Shown one piece after another: positions 9,605 through 22,103 of a DNA stretch of 64,000 nucleotides. Each line of letters begins with the position of its first letter. Position 1 is the stretch's first letter. The notes under the pieces are model-generated. The model saw nothing but the letters and a program-made list of their open reading frames with translations. It was not told the origin of the DNA and did not search any database. The translations under genes and the position numbers were made by a program. Origin of the DNA: Pirellulales bacterium (GTDB taxonomy: Bacteria; Planctomycetota; Planctomycetia; Pirellulales; UBA1268); NCBI GenBank assembly GCA_017853835.1, contig JAFMIU010000006.1, positions 340 to 64,339 of the forward strand. Direction: 5' to 3'.

Positions 9605-12600
9605 GTCAGTTCATGAACGCTTCCTTCAACCGAGCCGTCGGTCCGATGGCCGATGGTCGGCTCGCACGCATGCTCTCCCTCGTCGCGCTGGCCACCGTCG
9701 TCGCGTGCCTGGCCCATCCGGCGATGGCCGCGAGTGGTTCCTGGTCGGCCACCACGAGCGGAAACTGGGGCGACTCGGCCAACTGGCTCAATGGCACGGT
9801 CGCCGACGGTGATGGATCGACCGCCACGTTTGCCACCGACATCGTCACGGACGTTGCCGTGTCACTCGATGCGCCGCGCACGTTGTCTGGAATCACGTTT
9901 GGCGATGCAGACCCCCTGACGCCGGCCACGTGGACGATCGACAATGCGGGCAACCCTGCGAATACCCTCACCCTCACCACCACCGCTCAGCCGGTGATCA
10001 CGGTGCCCCTTGACACGGCGGCGACCATCTCGGCCGACGTCTACGGGTTGAGCAACATCACTCGTTCTGGTTCCGGCACGCTCACCCTCGCTGGAAACGT
10101 GATACTCGGCACCGGCAGCACCGGAAAACAGTTTTTTTTCAGCAGCGGCACGACCAACCTCACGGGTCCGTCCGTCGAAACGCAGAAGTTCGTAATCCAA
10201 CAAGGCGCAAGCGTCAACTGGTCGGCCGGGCTCGGCACGCTTGGCGGAACCGACTATTTTTCCGTCGGCACCGCGTCGAGCGGCACCTTCACGCAGACCT
10301 CCGGCACGATCAACTACGCCACCTCGGCAGGCTGGGGCGTGAATGTGGGCAACTACGCTCCCAATGGCGGCATCATGACCGTGAGCGGCGGCAGGTTCAA
10401 TCTCTCCGGTCCGGCCGCAAACCTCTACATTGCGGCGGGGTTCACCGGCACGCACACGACGGTCACAAGCGGCACCCTGCTGGTCACCGGTTCCGGCGTC
10501 TTCAGCTTTGCCGGAGGCGGTGAGATCAAACTGACGAACACGTCGAACCAGACGGGTGCCATTCATGTCACGTCGGGCGGCGTCTTTCGTCTCAACGGCA
10601 AGACGATCAAGTCCGGGAGTGGATCGTCGACACTCCTGATCGACGACGGAACACTGCAGCTGTCCGCCACCAACAACGCCATTTTCGGCGCGAGCCTCGG
10701 CACCACGATCGGCGCTGGCGGTGCGACGATCGACACCAATGGAGTATCGGGAAGCTCTGGTTCGGGCCGGATCAGCGGCGCTGGCACGCTCACGAAGATC
10801 GGATCGGGCACGCTGACGCTCCAGGTGTCGAACACTGCCTTCACTGGCAAAACCGTGGTCGGTGGGGGCGTGTTGCAGATCAGCAACAACAACCAACTGG
10901 GCGTCAATCCCGCCGCTGTCGTGGACGATCAGCTGACGCTTTTGAACGGCGGCATTCTGCGATCGAGTACCTCCGTCACGCTCAATGCCAATCGTGGAGT
11001 CACGATCGGATCGGGGGGCGGCTCGCTCAATATCAACGGAGGCGTCCTGATCTACGAAGGGCGTTTTTCCGGCGCGGGAGAAACCTTGACCGTCATAGGA
11101 GCAAGCGGCCTTAACATTTCAAACACAACCGGCATCCCGACGAACGTCAACTGGGATCTCTCATCCAACAATAATGTCCGAACGTTCTTCGCTGGAAGCG
11201 ATGCCCTCGGCACGGGCTCGGTGCGGGTGCGAAGCGGGGTCAGGCTCGTCAGCCAAAACGTGGCGCCCACGGGTGGCCAGGTGACCAACGCCGTCACCCT
11301 CGACAGCGGCGCCGGCATTACCGCGCGGATCACCGCCGGCGCCGTGACCTACACCAACGTCACCCTCCCGTCCGCCGGCTCGATCGTCCTCAACAAGGAT
11401 GATTCGTCTATCAACACCTCCCCGCTGACGATCACATCGGGAGCCGCGCTCACCGGGGATCTCACCGTCGAAACGACGCAGACCGGCTCCAACACCGTGG
11501 GCACCGTGACGCTCTCGGGCGTTTTCTCCGGGGATGGAGGGCTCGTGAAGACGGGGACAGGCGCCTCGGGAACGCTGATCCTCGCAGGGGCCAATACCTA
11601 CACCGGGACCACCAACGTCACCACTGGAGCCCTCTACGTCAACGGCAACCAGGCGGCCGCGACCGGGCCTGTCCTCGTCGCCGCCGGGGCAACGCTGGGA
11701 GGCTCGGGCACGATCGGCGGCGCCGTCTCGCTTGCTGCCACGGCCACGCTCCAGCCTGGATCGGACGTGGGTCGCCTCACGCTCTCGGCGCCACTGTCGC
11801 TGACGAGCGGTGGTCGGTACGCGTGGCAGATGCTCTCGGCCACCGGTACGGCTGGGGCCACGGATGCCTGGGATCTGCTGGCGGTGAATGGATCGCTCTC
11901 GATCGATTCCACCTCGGCCGCCCCGTTTGCCATTGATCTCTGGACGCTGTCGGGCACGGGTCCTGTCGTGAGCGGATCGGCCGCCAACTTCGACCCGGCG
12001 GTCAGCTACTCATGGACGATCGCGAGGGCTTCCGGTGGTATCACGGGCTTTTCCGCCGACAAGTTCCTGATCACGACGTCGGCCACCAACGGCACCGCCG
12101 GATTCGCCAATGCCGTGGCCGGCGGCACCTTCTCGATCGCCCAGAGCGGCGGCAATCTCAACCTCGTCTTCACGTCTGGCATTGCGCCACCGGCCGTGAT
12201 CACGATCAACGTGGCCAGCGGAACGCAAACCCAAACGGAAGCGGGATATCCGCTGCTCTCGGGAAGCGTGCCGGTTCTCAAGATCGGTGACGGCACCTTG
12301 GTGGTGGATCAGGCCAACACCCTCTCGGGCAGCACCACCATCCAGGGCGGCGTGCTGCAGCTGTCCAACTTCGAGGCGCTCCAGTCGAGCACCATCTACC
12401 CGGTGGCCGGCGGCACCATGACGCTCGCTCCGTATCAGACGGCCGTGGTCGGCGGGCTCGATCCGAATGCGGGCGGCCTCACCGACGTGGGCAGCGGCCT
12501 CGTGACGGTGTCGAGCGGTCTCTCGGCGGCCGACATGGTCACTGCGATCGTCGCCGGCATGGGCGACGGCTCGTGGAACGGCACATCCGGCATCACCTCG

Positions 12601-13629
12601 AGTGCTGCCGCAGCCGACGCGAGCCTCGGCGTGTCCCGGTCGGTCGGCTGGCTCGACAACGGCGACGGCACCGTCACCTTCGCCTACGCCGCACCGGGCG
12701 ACACCAATCTCGACTGGTCGATCGACCTGCTCGATATCGGCACGTACCTCGCCGCGGGCAAGTACGACACCGGCGAGCCGTCGAGCTGGTCGGAGGGTGA
12801 CTACACCTACGACGGCCTTGTCGACATCACCGACGTGGCCCTCTACCTCGGCACGGGGCTCTTCGACGTTGGGCCCTACAACCCACCGGCAGGCATCGCA
12901 GGCGGCGTCGCAGCCGTGCCGGAACCATCGACGCTCCTCGCCCTGGTGGTTCCCGCGATGTGGCTGGTGGGTCGACGCGCCGTGCGGTTGCGTCGGCGAG
13001 TGCACCACACCGTGGGCATCGCCGTTCTCGCGTGCCTCTCCTTCACGGCGGGTGGAACCCGAGCCGAGGAGGCCGGCTTCGACAGCCTTTTTGACGGCAC
13101 GACGCTCGACGGATGGAAGGCCAGTGAAAACGTCGACAGCTGGAAGGTCATGAATGGCGCGATCGTGTGCCATGGTCCGCGAAGTCACCTGTTTTACGTC
13201 GGCCCCAACCCGGCCGCGCCTGCGGATTTCACCGACTTCCACCTGAAAGTGGAGGTGATGACCCGCCCGGGCTCGAACTCCGGCGTGTTTTTCCACACCG
13301 CCTTCCAGCAGCAGGGGTGGCCGGAGATCGGTTACGAGATGCAGGTCAACAACTCCTTCGTCAAAGACCCGGTGCGGACTGGCAGCATCTACAATGTGGT
13401 GAAGGTGTTCGCACCGGCGGCGCCGGACGACACCTGGTACACCCAGGAGCTCATCGTCAAAGGCAAGCGGATCACGGTGATGGCCGATGGAAAAACGCTT
13501 TTTGAGTTCGTTGAACCCGAGGGCGTGTCTGGCACCCGCAAGCTCTCGCACGGCACGTTTGCCTTGCAGGCCCACGACCCCGGCAGCGAGGTTCACTTCC
13601 GCAACCTTCGCGTCAGGCGACTGCCGTAG
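9601..13629 (+). CDS. PATR (autotransporter-associated beta-strand repeat) surface protein with an internal PEP-CTERM signal followed in-frame by a second hydrophobic segment and a DUF1080 (3-keto-disaccharide hydrolase-like) domain
   Basis: 1342-aa ORF. Signal peptide ends ...AHPAMAAS. Repeated G(T/S)LTL.G.N.(Y/F)TG motifs. VPEPSTLLALVVPAMWLVGRRAVRLRRR at nt 12916-12999 has no stop after it. Then VHHTVGIAVLACLSFTAGG plus DUF1080-like FDGTTLDGWK...FALQAHDPGSEVHFRNLRV. Confidence 0.7.
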   Translation: MSQFMNASFNRAVGPMADGRLARMLSLVALATVVACLAHPAMAASGSWSATTSGNWGDSANWLNGTVADGDGSTATFATDIVTDVAVSLDAPRTLSGITFGDADPLTPATWTIDNAGNPANTLTLTTTAQPVITVPLDTAATISADVYGLSNITRSGSGTLTLAGNVILGTGSTGKQFFFSSGTTNLTGPSVETQKFVIQQGASVNWSAGLGTLGGTDYFSVGTASSGTFTQTSGTINYATSAGWGVNVGNYAPNGGIMTVSGGRFNLSGPAANLYIAAGFTGTHTTVTSGTLLVTGSGVFSFAGGGEIKLTNTSNQTGAIHVTSGGVFRLNGKTIKSGSGSSTLLIDDGTLQLSATNNAIFGASLGTTIGAGGATIDTNGVSGSSGSGRISGAGTLTKIGSGTLTLQVSNTAFTGKTVVGGGVLQISNNNQLGVNPAAVVDDQLTLLNGGILRSSTSVTLNANRGVTIGSGGGSLNINGGVLIYEGRFSGAGETLTVIGASGLNISNTTGIPTNVNWDLSSNNNVRTFFAGSDALGTGSVRVRSGVRLVSQNVAPTGGQVTNAVTLDSGAGITARITAGAVTYTNVTLPSAGSIVLNKDDSSINTSPLTITSGAALTGDLTVETTQTGSNTVGTVTLSGVFSGDGGLVKTGTGASGTLILAGANTYTGTTNVTTGALYVNGNQAAATGPVLVAAGATLGGSGTIGGAVSLAATATLQPGSDVGRLTLSAPLSLTSGGRYAWQMLSATGTAGATDAWDLLAVNGSLSIDSTSAAPFAIDLWTLSGTGPVVSGSAANFDPAVSYSWTIARASGGITGFSADKFLITTSATNGTAGFANAVAGGTFSIAQSGGNLNLVFTSGIAPPAVITINVASGTQTQTEAGYPLLSGSVPVLKIGDGTLVVDQANTLSGSTTIQGGVLQLSNFEALQSSTIYPVAGGTMTLAPYQTAVVGGLDPNAGGLTDVGSGLVTVSSGLSAADMVTAIVAGMGDGSWNGTSGITSSAAAADASLGVSRSVGWLDNGDGTVTFAYAAPGDTNLDWSIDLLDIGTYLAAGKYDTGEPSSWSEGDYTYDGLVDITDVALYLGTGLFDVGPYNPPAGIAGGVAAVPEPSTLLALVVPAMWLVGRRAVRLRRRVHHTVGIAVLACLSFTAGGTRAEEAGFDSLFDGTTLDGWKASENVDSWKVMNGAIVCHGPRSHLFYVGPNPAAPADFTDFHLKVEVMTRPGSNSGVFFHTAFQQQGWPEIGYEMQVNNSFVKDPVRTGSIYNVVKVFAPAAPDDTWYTQELIVKGKRITVMADGKTLFEFVEPEGVSGTRKLSHGTFALQAHDPGSEVHFRNLRVRRLP

Positions 13630-13656
13630 GAAGCCGCTCGGGGCCGACGTGCGTCG

Positions 13657-15126
13657 ATGCCGCTCTCGGGTGGAGAAGGTTTCGTGAAGGTCCACCACAC
13701 CGGCGGCGCGAGGTTCGTGTGGGGAATCGTCCTCACGATGGCCGTGGCGGGTATTCCGGCGAGCGTGCATGCCGAAGACGGCACGGCGTCGGCCGCACGC
13801 GTCCGGCCGTTGAACATCTTGCTCATCGTGGCCGATGACCTGCGGGAGCACGGGGGCGCGTTTGCCGAAGACGCCGTTTCGACGCCGAACATCGACCGAC
13901 TGGCGGCCCATGGCGTGCGGTTCTCTCGCGCCTACGCCCAATACCCCGTCTGCAATCCCAGCCGCACGTCGCTTCTGGTGGGGCAACGATGCGAACAAAC
14001 CGCCGTGGTCGATAATCGGGAGTTTTTTCGCGATCGCCTGCCGGATGCCATCACCTTTCCGGAACTGCTGCGACGCAACGGCTGGACGACCCGATCCTTT
14101 GGCAAGGTCATGCATGCCGGAAACACCGTCGAGGCGTTGAGGCCTGCGTGGCTGGACGAGGGGCGATCGTGGGATCACGCCGAGATTCTGCCGGCCATGT
14201 CGCCGCACCGCCGGGGCGAGTTTCGCAACCTGACCGGCGGCGTGTTGCCATGGTGCGAGGTGGGCATTCTGGATGGCGACGATGGCGAACAGCCCGACGC
14301 ACGCACGGCCACGGCCGCGGTCGCCGCCATCGAGGATCTGAGAAAAGACTCCAGGCCCTGGTTGATCGCCGTGGGCTTTCACCGCCCCCACGATCCCTTC
14401 CACGCCCCCCGTCGCTATTTCGATCGTTATCCATCCGAGGCGATCACGCCGTACCGCGACCCCGTTCACGCCAGCCCCCTGCCCCCGCTCGCGATCACCG
14501 GAAGCCGCAAGGAGTTTGCCGCCTTCTCCGACGACGATCGTCGCGCGTTGCTCCAGGCGTATTGTGCCGGCGTGTCGTTTATGGACGCCCAGGTCGGCCG
14601 TCTTCTCGATGCCCTCGACCGCAACAGCCTCTGGCCTACCACGCTGGTCGTGTTTCTCGGCGACCACGGCTATCACCTTGGCGAACGGGACTGGTGGAAC
14701 AAAGCCACGTTGTTCGAACGTTCGTGCCGTGCGCCGCTCATCATTGCGTCGCCCGACGGCCGACACGGCGCGAGGTGCGAAGCCCTTGTCGAGTTCGTGG
14801 ACCTCTTCCCGACGATCACCGAGTGTGGCGGTGTTCGGCTGCCCGGCGGCCTGGCGGGAAAGAGCATCTGCCCGTTGCTTGCCGACCCATCGCTGCCACA
14901 CAAGGACGCGGCCTTCAGCATGGTCGTTCGGAACCCGTCGCGATTTGGCCAAACGGTCCGAACCGACCGCTGGCGACTGATCGCATGGAGCGACGGCGCT
15001 TTGGAGCTGTACGACCACCAGACCGATCCAGAGGAGACCCTGAACCTGGCGGGCGATCCCGCCGCGGCGGAGGTGGTCAAGCGGCTGCGGAGGCGTCTCG
15101 ACGACCTGCCCCCTTGGCCTCCCTGA
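13657..15126 (+). CDS. Cys-type sulfatase
   Basis: Signal peptide (IVLTMAVAGIPASVHA), NILLIVADDLR, sulfatase signature YPVCNPSRTSLLVGQ, later GDHGYHLGE. Confidence 0.85.
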   Translation: MPLSGGEGFVKVHHTGGARFVWGIVLTMAVAGIPASVHAEDGTASAARVRPLNILLIVADDLREHGGAFAEDAVSTPNIDRLAAHGVRFSRAYAQYPVCNPSRTSLLVGQRCEQTAVVDNREFFRDRLPDAITFPELLRRNGWTTRSFGKVMHAGNTVEALRPAWLDEGRSWDHAEILPAMSPHRRGEFRNLTGGVLPWCEVGILDGDDGEQPDARTATAAVAAIEDLRKDSRPWLIAVGFHRPHDPFHAPRRYFDRYPSEAITPYRDPVHASPLPPLAITGSRKEFAAFSDDDRRALLQAYCAGVSFMDAQVGRLLDALDRNSLWPTTLVVFLGDHGYHLGERDWWNKATLFERSCRAPLIIASPDGRHGARCEALVEFVDLFPTITECGGVRLPGGLAGKSICPLLADPSLPHKDAAFSMVVRNPSRFGQTVRTDRWRLIAWSDGALELYDHQTDPEETLNLAGDPAAAEVVKRLRRRLDDLPPWPP

Positions 15127-15297
15127 GGCTCACCGCATGCCGAGAAAACGCGAAAATGCAGCCTGTTTTCAGTCGCCTGCCCCCCCCCTCCAGGAGTGCC
15201 GGGTGGCACTCCTGATGAAAAAAGCGGAAAAGAAAGTGGGAGGAAACGTGTCTTTTCGACCCCTCCGTGCCGCGTTCGTCTCCTCTGGATGCCTTGG

Positions 15298-16224
<927 letters not shown>

Positions 16225-16301
16225 TGGTTCTCAGGCCGACGGTCGGTGCGATTTCGTGCACCGTGCTGCGGGCACCTTCCCTTTGTCGCCGGAGTACGAC
16301 C

Positions 16302-17876
<1,575 letters not shown>

Positions 17877-17888
<12 letters not shown>

Positions 17889-19184
17889 TCCGCGGTCGAT
17901 CACACACCGCAGGAAGTGCGTCGCGCAGCTGATGCACGGATCGTAGTCGCGAATCAGCCGCTCGCAGGCCAGCGTTGCCGCGGCGTCGTCGAGGTCGAGC
18001 ACCCCGGGAAGCATCGCCTTGAGGTCGGCCTCGATCCTCGCCTGGTTCTGCGACGTTGGCGGCACGATCACCGCGTGACGCACGAGGCCGTCGCCATCGA
18101 TCTCGTAGCGATGCCAGAGCAGCCCACGGGGAGCCTCCGTGGCATGACTTCCAGAACCGACCCGTGGCTCCCAGGCCACGCGACACGGGCCGATGCCGGC
18201 GACGCCCTCGCGGAGGATTGCCAGCGATTCCTCGCATGCCACGGCGATCTCGATCGCCCGGGCCACGATCGACTGCGACGAGCGCCGCAGCGGCCATTCG
18301 ATGCCACAGGCCTCGACCACCCGTCGCGTGGCGGCCGGCAGCCGATCATGGCAGGCATTCACCCGTGCCAGCGGACCCACGAAGTACGGCGTCTCGCCCG
18401 GCAGCATCACCGACTGCAGCGCGGTGCTCCAGGGCACGTGCCGCTCCGAAAAATGACGATCAAAGTCGTCCGCCTCGATCACCAGGCCGCTCGTGGAGAC
18501 GATCGCTCCGTGGTCGACGGGATATCCCTCCGACGGCCGGAGGCAGACGCCGTCGTAGTCGTGCGGGATGCCCGGAAACTCAAACCGGCTTCCCTCGGCC
18601 ACCAGGTCGTGCGACGCCGCCATCGCCCACTCCAGATCGGGCACGAGCCGGCGCACGGCGTCGGCGGAAGGAAGCTTGTAGAACCCGCCGACGGCGACAT
18701 TCACGGGGTGCACGGCCCGGCCGCCGATCACCTCCATGATCCGTCCGCCCACCTCCTTCAGCCGCAACCCCCGATGGACCAGATCGGGCCGCGAGGCGGC
18801 CAGCGCGATGCCGCTTTCCACGCCGAAGAAATCGGGCATGTGCAGTAGGTGCACATGGAGGCCGTGACTCTGGATCCATTCGCCGTAGTAGAGCAGCCGC
18901 CGCAGCCTCGCGATGCCAGGCGTCACCTCGACGCCGAGCGCCTTCTCGAGGGCGAGGCAGGCCGTCACCTGGTAGGCGACGGGGCAGATCCCGCAGATCC
19001 GCGCCACGATGTCGGGAATCTCGCGAACCTCCCGGCCCGCCACGAGCTTCTCGAAGAACCGCGGTGGCTCGTAGATCGAGAACTCGGCGATCTCCACCCG
19101 ACCGTCGGCCACGCGCACGCGAAGCGATCCCTCTCCTTCCACGCGGGCGAGCGACTTCACCTCGAACCGTCGAATCTCGCTCAT
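17877..19184 (-). CDS. hydA: [NiFe] hydrogenase large (alpha) subunit, group-3b-like
   Basis: 435 aa. N-terminal RICGICPV Ni-ligand motif and C-terminal DPCISCATH (DPCxxCxxH) followed by a 15-aa tail. Start overlaps the small-subunit stop (ATGA). Confidence 0.85.
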
Positions 19185-19963
19185 TCGTTCCCCTCCAGCC
19201 GGTCGCTCTCGGCTCGAAAGGCCGGGGCATGCCCGTTGAACGATCGCACAAGCCTGACGAGCGCGGCGCGCGACGCGCCCCCTCGCTCATAGAAACCGGT
19301 CAGGCTGACGAGGTTTGGCGACTCGCTCGGCCCGAAGCAGCCGAAACACTCCCGATCGTGTGACGGACAGAGGGCATGGCAGCCTGCCTGGGTCACCGGC
19401 CCAAGACAGGCGATGCCCTTGGCCACCGCGACACACACCGTGCCCCGCGCCTTGCACTCCACACACACGCAGTGGCCCGGCACGTGCGGCTTGCGGCCCC
19501 ACAGCACCGCGGAAAGCAGCTCGAGCAACTGCCCCCGGTCGACGGGGCAGCCGCGGAGTTCGAAGTCGACGGGCACGTGCTCGGCAATCCCGGTGCTCGT
19601 GGCAAGTGTCTGGATGTAGGCAGGCGTGGCATAGACGGCCCCCACGAAGTCGTCGACCCGCTGCCAGTTGCGAAGTGCCTGAATGCCCCCGGCCGTGGCG
19701 CAGGCCCCGATCGACACCAGAAACCGGCACTGTCGACGAATCTCCCGAATCCGCTCGGCGTCGTCGGCCGTGGTGATCGATCCCTCGACGAGCCCGACGT
19801 CGTAGGGCCCTGGCACCACCCGCGAGCTGGCCTCGAGAAAGTGGTCGATCTCGACCCGCTCGGCCAGTTCGAGGAGCCGGTCGCCCGCCTCGAGGAGCTG
19901 CAGCTGGCAGCCGTCGCACGAGGCGAACTTGAACACGGCCAGACGAGGTTTGTGAGCAGCCAT
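19181..19963 (-). CDS. hydD: [NiFe] hydrogenase small (delta) subunit, NuoB/20-kDa-like
   Basis: [18 protein letters not shown] ... [16 protein letters not shown] Fe-S ligand pattern. Sits between the gamma and alpha subunits. Confidence 0.8.
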   Translation of the reverse strand: MAAHKPRLAVFKFASCDGCQLQLLEAGDRLLELAERVEIDHFLEASSRVVPGPYDVGLVEGSITTADDAERIREIRRQCRFLVSIGACATAGGIQALRNWQRVDDFVGAVYATPAYIQTLATSTGIAEHVPVDFELRGCPVDRGQLLELLSAVLWGRKPHVPGHCVCVECKARGTVCVAVAKGIACLGPVTQAGCHALCPSHDRECFGCFGPSESPNLVSLTGFYERGGASRAALVRLVRSFNGHAPAFRAESDRLEGNE

Positions 19964-19968
19964 GCGGG

Positions 19969-20829
19969 TCAGAGCCTCGGCACCTTCATGAGCAATCCGA
20001 TCCGATCGTATCGCAACACGGGACCGTCACGACACACGAAGAGCGGCCCGAACTGACAGAGTCCGCAATGGGCCGCGGCGCAGGCCATGGTGCGCTCGAG
20101 CGACAGGAAGATCGCGTCGATGGACACCCCCATGTCGATCGCCTTCTCAGCCACCCCCACCATCATCGGATCGGGGCCGCAGCAGAGGACCGTCGTGCGG
20201 GCAGGGTCGTCGATGGCGTCGTCGAGGAGCGCCGTCACGAGACCGCATCGCCCGTTCCATGCCGGCCCTCCCTCGTCCACGATGGTCGCCACCGTCACAC
20301 CGGCCCGTCGCCAGGCGTCGTATTCGCCCGTGTAGAGAAGCTCGCCCGGCCGCTTGGCGCCGTGGAGCACCGTGGCGTGCCGGCATGTGCCTGGGAGGGC
20401 GGCCCGCAGGATGGCCGACCGCTGCGAGGCGAGGCCGAGGCCCCCGGCCACGAACACGACGTCGCGATCCATCACACGATCGACCGGCCACGGCGTGCCG
20501 AAGGGGCCCCGCACAAACACCTGATCCCCCACGGTGAGCCTTGCAAGGGCGTCGGTGACGTTGCCGACCGCCCGCACCGTGTGGGTCAACGTGCCCACAT
20601 CCTCCGGATCCGAGCTGATCGAGATCGCCGCCTCCCCGACCCCGGGGACGTAGAGCATGTTGAACTGCCCCGCCGCGAACCGAAAGGCATCGCCCACCGC
20701 CGCGTCATCGAAGCGAAGCCGATAGGACCGCACCCCTTCGGTTTCGTCGGCGATCGCCGCGATGCGCGTCGAGTGCGTCTGCCAGGGATCGATGTGGGAG
20801 GCGGTCGGCCAAGGGCTCGCCATGGTCAT
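19969..20829 (-). CDS. hydG: Hydrogenase gamma subunit (FAD/NAD(P)-binding, PyrK-like, C-terminal 2Fe-2S)
   Basis: [23 protein letters not shown] flavin-reductase-type fold. [10 protein letters not shown] nucleotide-binding motif. C-terminal [22 protein letters not shown]. Confidence 0.75.
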   Translation of the reverse strand: MTMASPWPTASHIDPWQTHSTRIAAIADETEGVRSYRLRFDDAAVGDAFRFAAGQFNMLYVPGVGEAAISISSDPEDVGTLTHTVRAVGNVTDALARLTVGDQVFVRGPFGTPWPVDRVMDRDVVFVAGGLGLASQRSAILRAALPGTCRHATVLHGAKRPGELLYTGEYDAWRRAGVTVATIVDEGGPAWNGRCGLVTALLDDAIDDPARTTVLCCGPDPMMVGVAEKAIDMGVSIDAIFLSLERTMACAAAHCGLCQFGPLFVCRDGPVLRYDRIGLLMKVPRL

Positions 20830-22010
20830 GACGACGCCTCCTCACGGGCCACGGTCACCCCGTCGGTCGCGCGGATGGCGGCGATCTCCTCGGTCACATC
20901 GATGCCCACGGGGCACCACGTGATGCAGCGGCCGCAGCCGGTGCATCCCGACGTGCCGAACTGATCGATCCAGCCGGCAAACTTGTGCGTCAGCCACTGC
21001 CGGTAGCGGGAGGAGGTGGTGCTGCGAGTCGGCTGCCCATGCATTCTCGAATGATCGAGCGAAAAACAACTCGCCCACTGCCGTTCGCGATCGACGTGAT
21101 CGCCCGTGAGGTCGGTCACCTCCTGCACACTGGCGCAGAAGCAGGTGGGGCAGACGAGCGTGCAGTTGGTGCACGACAGGCACCGCGTGGCCACGTCATC
21201 CCAGCGAGGGTGCTCGGGATTCGCCATGAGGAGATCCCGGATGCCGTGCGTGTCGAGGCTGCGAGGCCGGGGAACGCCGTCGGTTGCCTGTCGCGCATGC
21301 ATCCGTGAGGCGAGGTCGTGGGGCACACGCCGCACGGTCTCCGCCTCATCGGTCGAGAGAGGTGCGTCCACGATCCCCGCCTCGGAGAGCACCCGGGCGC
21401 CTTCCTCCGACCCCACCTCGCACGCGAAGCGGCCATCGACCTCGGTGAGCGCCAGATCGAAGCCGGCCTCGACGGCGGGGCCGCAGCCCGTGGAGTGGCA
21501 GAAGCAGGTGGCCACCGCGCGGCGACAGTTCACGGCGACGAGAAAGAGCCGTTCCCGCCTCGAACGGTACGCCTCGTCGACGAAGCCGTTGCCGAGGAAC
21601 ACGCGGTCCTGGATCCGGAGCGCCGCCAGGTCGCAGCCGCGCACCCCGAGCACAGCCAGCGGCGCTGCCGGGGGGGCGGCGGCCTGCTCATGCCAGACAC
21701 CGTCCTCGCGGGCAAACGACACGAGCGTTTCCCGGGCCGGAAACAGGAAGTTTTTCAACGAGTGGGGACCGACCACATGGTCAAACGAGCCGGCAGCTGG
21801 ATCCTGACGCAGCCGGTACGACCCTCCGTCCTGCTCGTCGAGCCAGCCGGTGGGGAGTTCGGCGACCGAGACGAGATCGCCCAGAATCACCGCTCCGTCG
21901 GCCACCTTCGGGCCGATGACACGGCGGCCTTCGCCCCGGAGCGCATCGATAACGGCCTGCAGGTCGGAGGCGTCAAGCCAATGCCAGGAGTGGATGGGGG
22001 GAGGTTGCAT
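20826..22010 (-). CDS. hydB: Hydrogenase beta subunit (4Fe-4S dicluster, AsrA-like)
   Basis: CLSCTNCTLVCPTCFC and CTGCGRCITWCPVGI cluster motifs. First gene of the operon. Overlaps the gamma-subunit start. Confidence 0.75.
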   Translation of the reverse strand: MQPPPIHSWHWLDASDLQAVIDALRGEGRRVIGPKVADGAVILGDLVSVAELPTGWLDEQDGGSYRLRQDPAAGSFDHVVGPHSLKNFLFPARETLVSFAREDGVWHEQAAAPPAAPLAVLGVRGCDLAALRIQDRVFLGNGFVDEAYRSRRERLFLVAVNCRRAVATCFCHSTGCGPAVEAGFDLALTEVDGRFACEVGSEEGARVLSEAGIVDAPLSTDEAETVRRVPHDLASRMHARQATDGVPRPRSLDTHGIRDLLMANPEHPRWDDVATRCLSCTNCTLVCPTCFCASVQEVTDLTGDHVDRERQWASCFSLDHSRMHGQPTRSTTSSRYRQWLTHKFAGWIDQFGTSGCTGCGRCITWCPVGIDVTEEIAAIRATDGVTVAREEASS

Positions 22011-22103
22011 GAGGATCTCGCCGCCCCATCATCCGCCCCACGGTGGCCCGAATGCAACCTCGCATGCTCCCGCCAGCCCCCCCGGTCTGGTACACCACTG
22101 GGT

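Noticed and set aside
12010-15018. Very long antisense ORFs. Examples: 12010..15018(-) 1002 aa, 44480..46318(-) 612 aa, 28541..30226(-) 561 aa, 16323..17861(-) 512 aa, 47738..49276(+) 512 aa, 35535..37052(-) 505 aa, 38283..39773(-) 496 aa, 30012..31451(-) 479 aa.
   Set aside because: Each lies opposite a gene with unmistakable family motifs (sulfatase, OvoA, PreT/PreA, Fe-ADH, dihydropyrimidinase, aminotransferase). Their translations are Arg/Gly/Pro/His-rich with no recognisable domains. Stop-poor antisense frames are expected in high-GC DNA.
21318-22103. N-terminal 262-aa extension of the BtpA ORF (track ORF 21318..22928). Similar 5' extensions occur on 28397..30139, 35346..36974, 42129..43481, 31417..32559 and 56426..57136.
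   Set aside because: The extensions overlap well-supported genes on the other strand or in another frame (hydB, the carbamoylase, the permease, csrA). They are Arg/Pro-rich with no homology pattern. Internal ATGs give proteins of canonical length, often with ATGA coupling or an SD.
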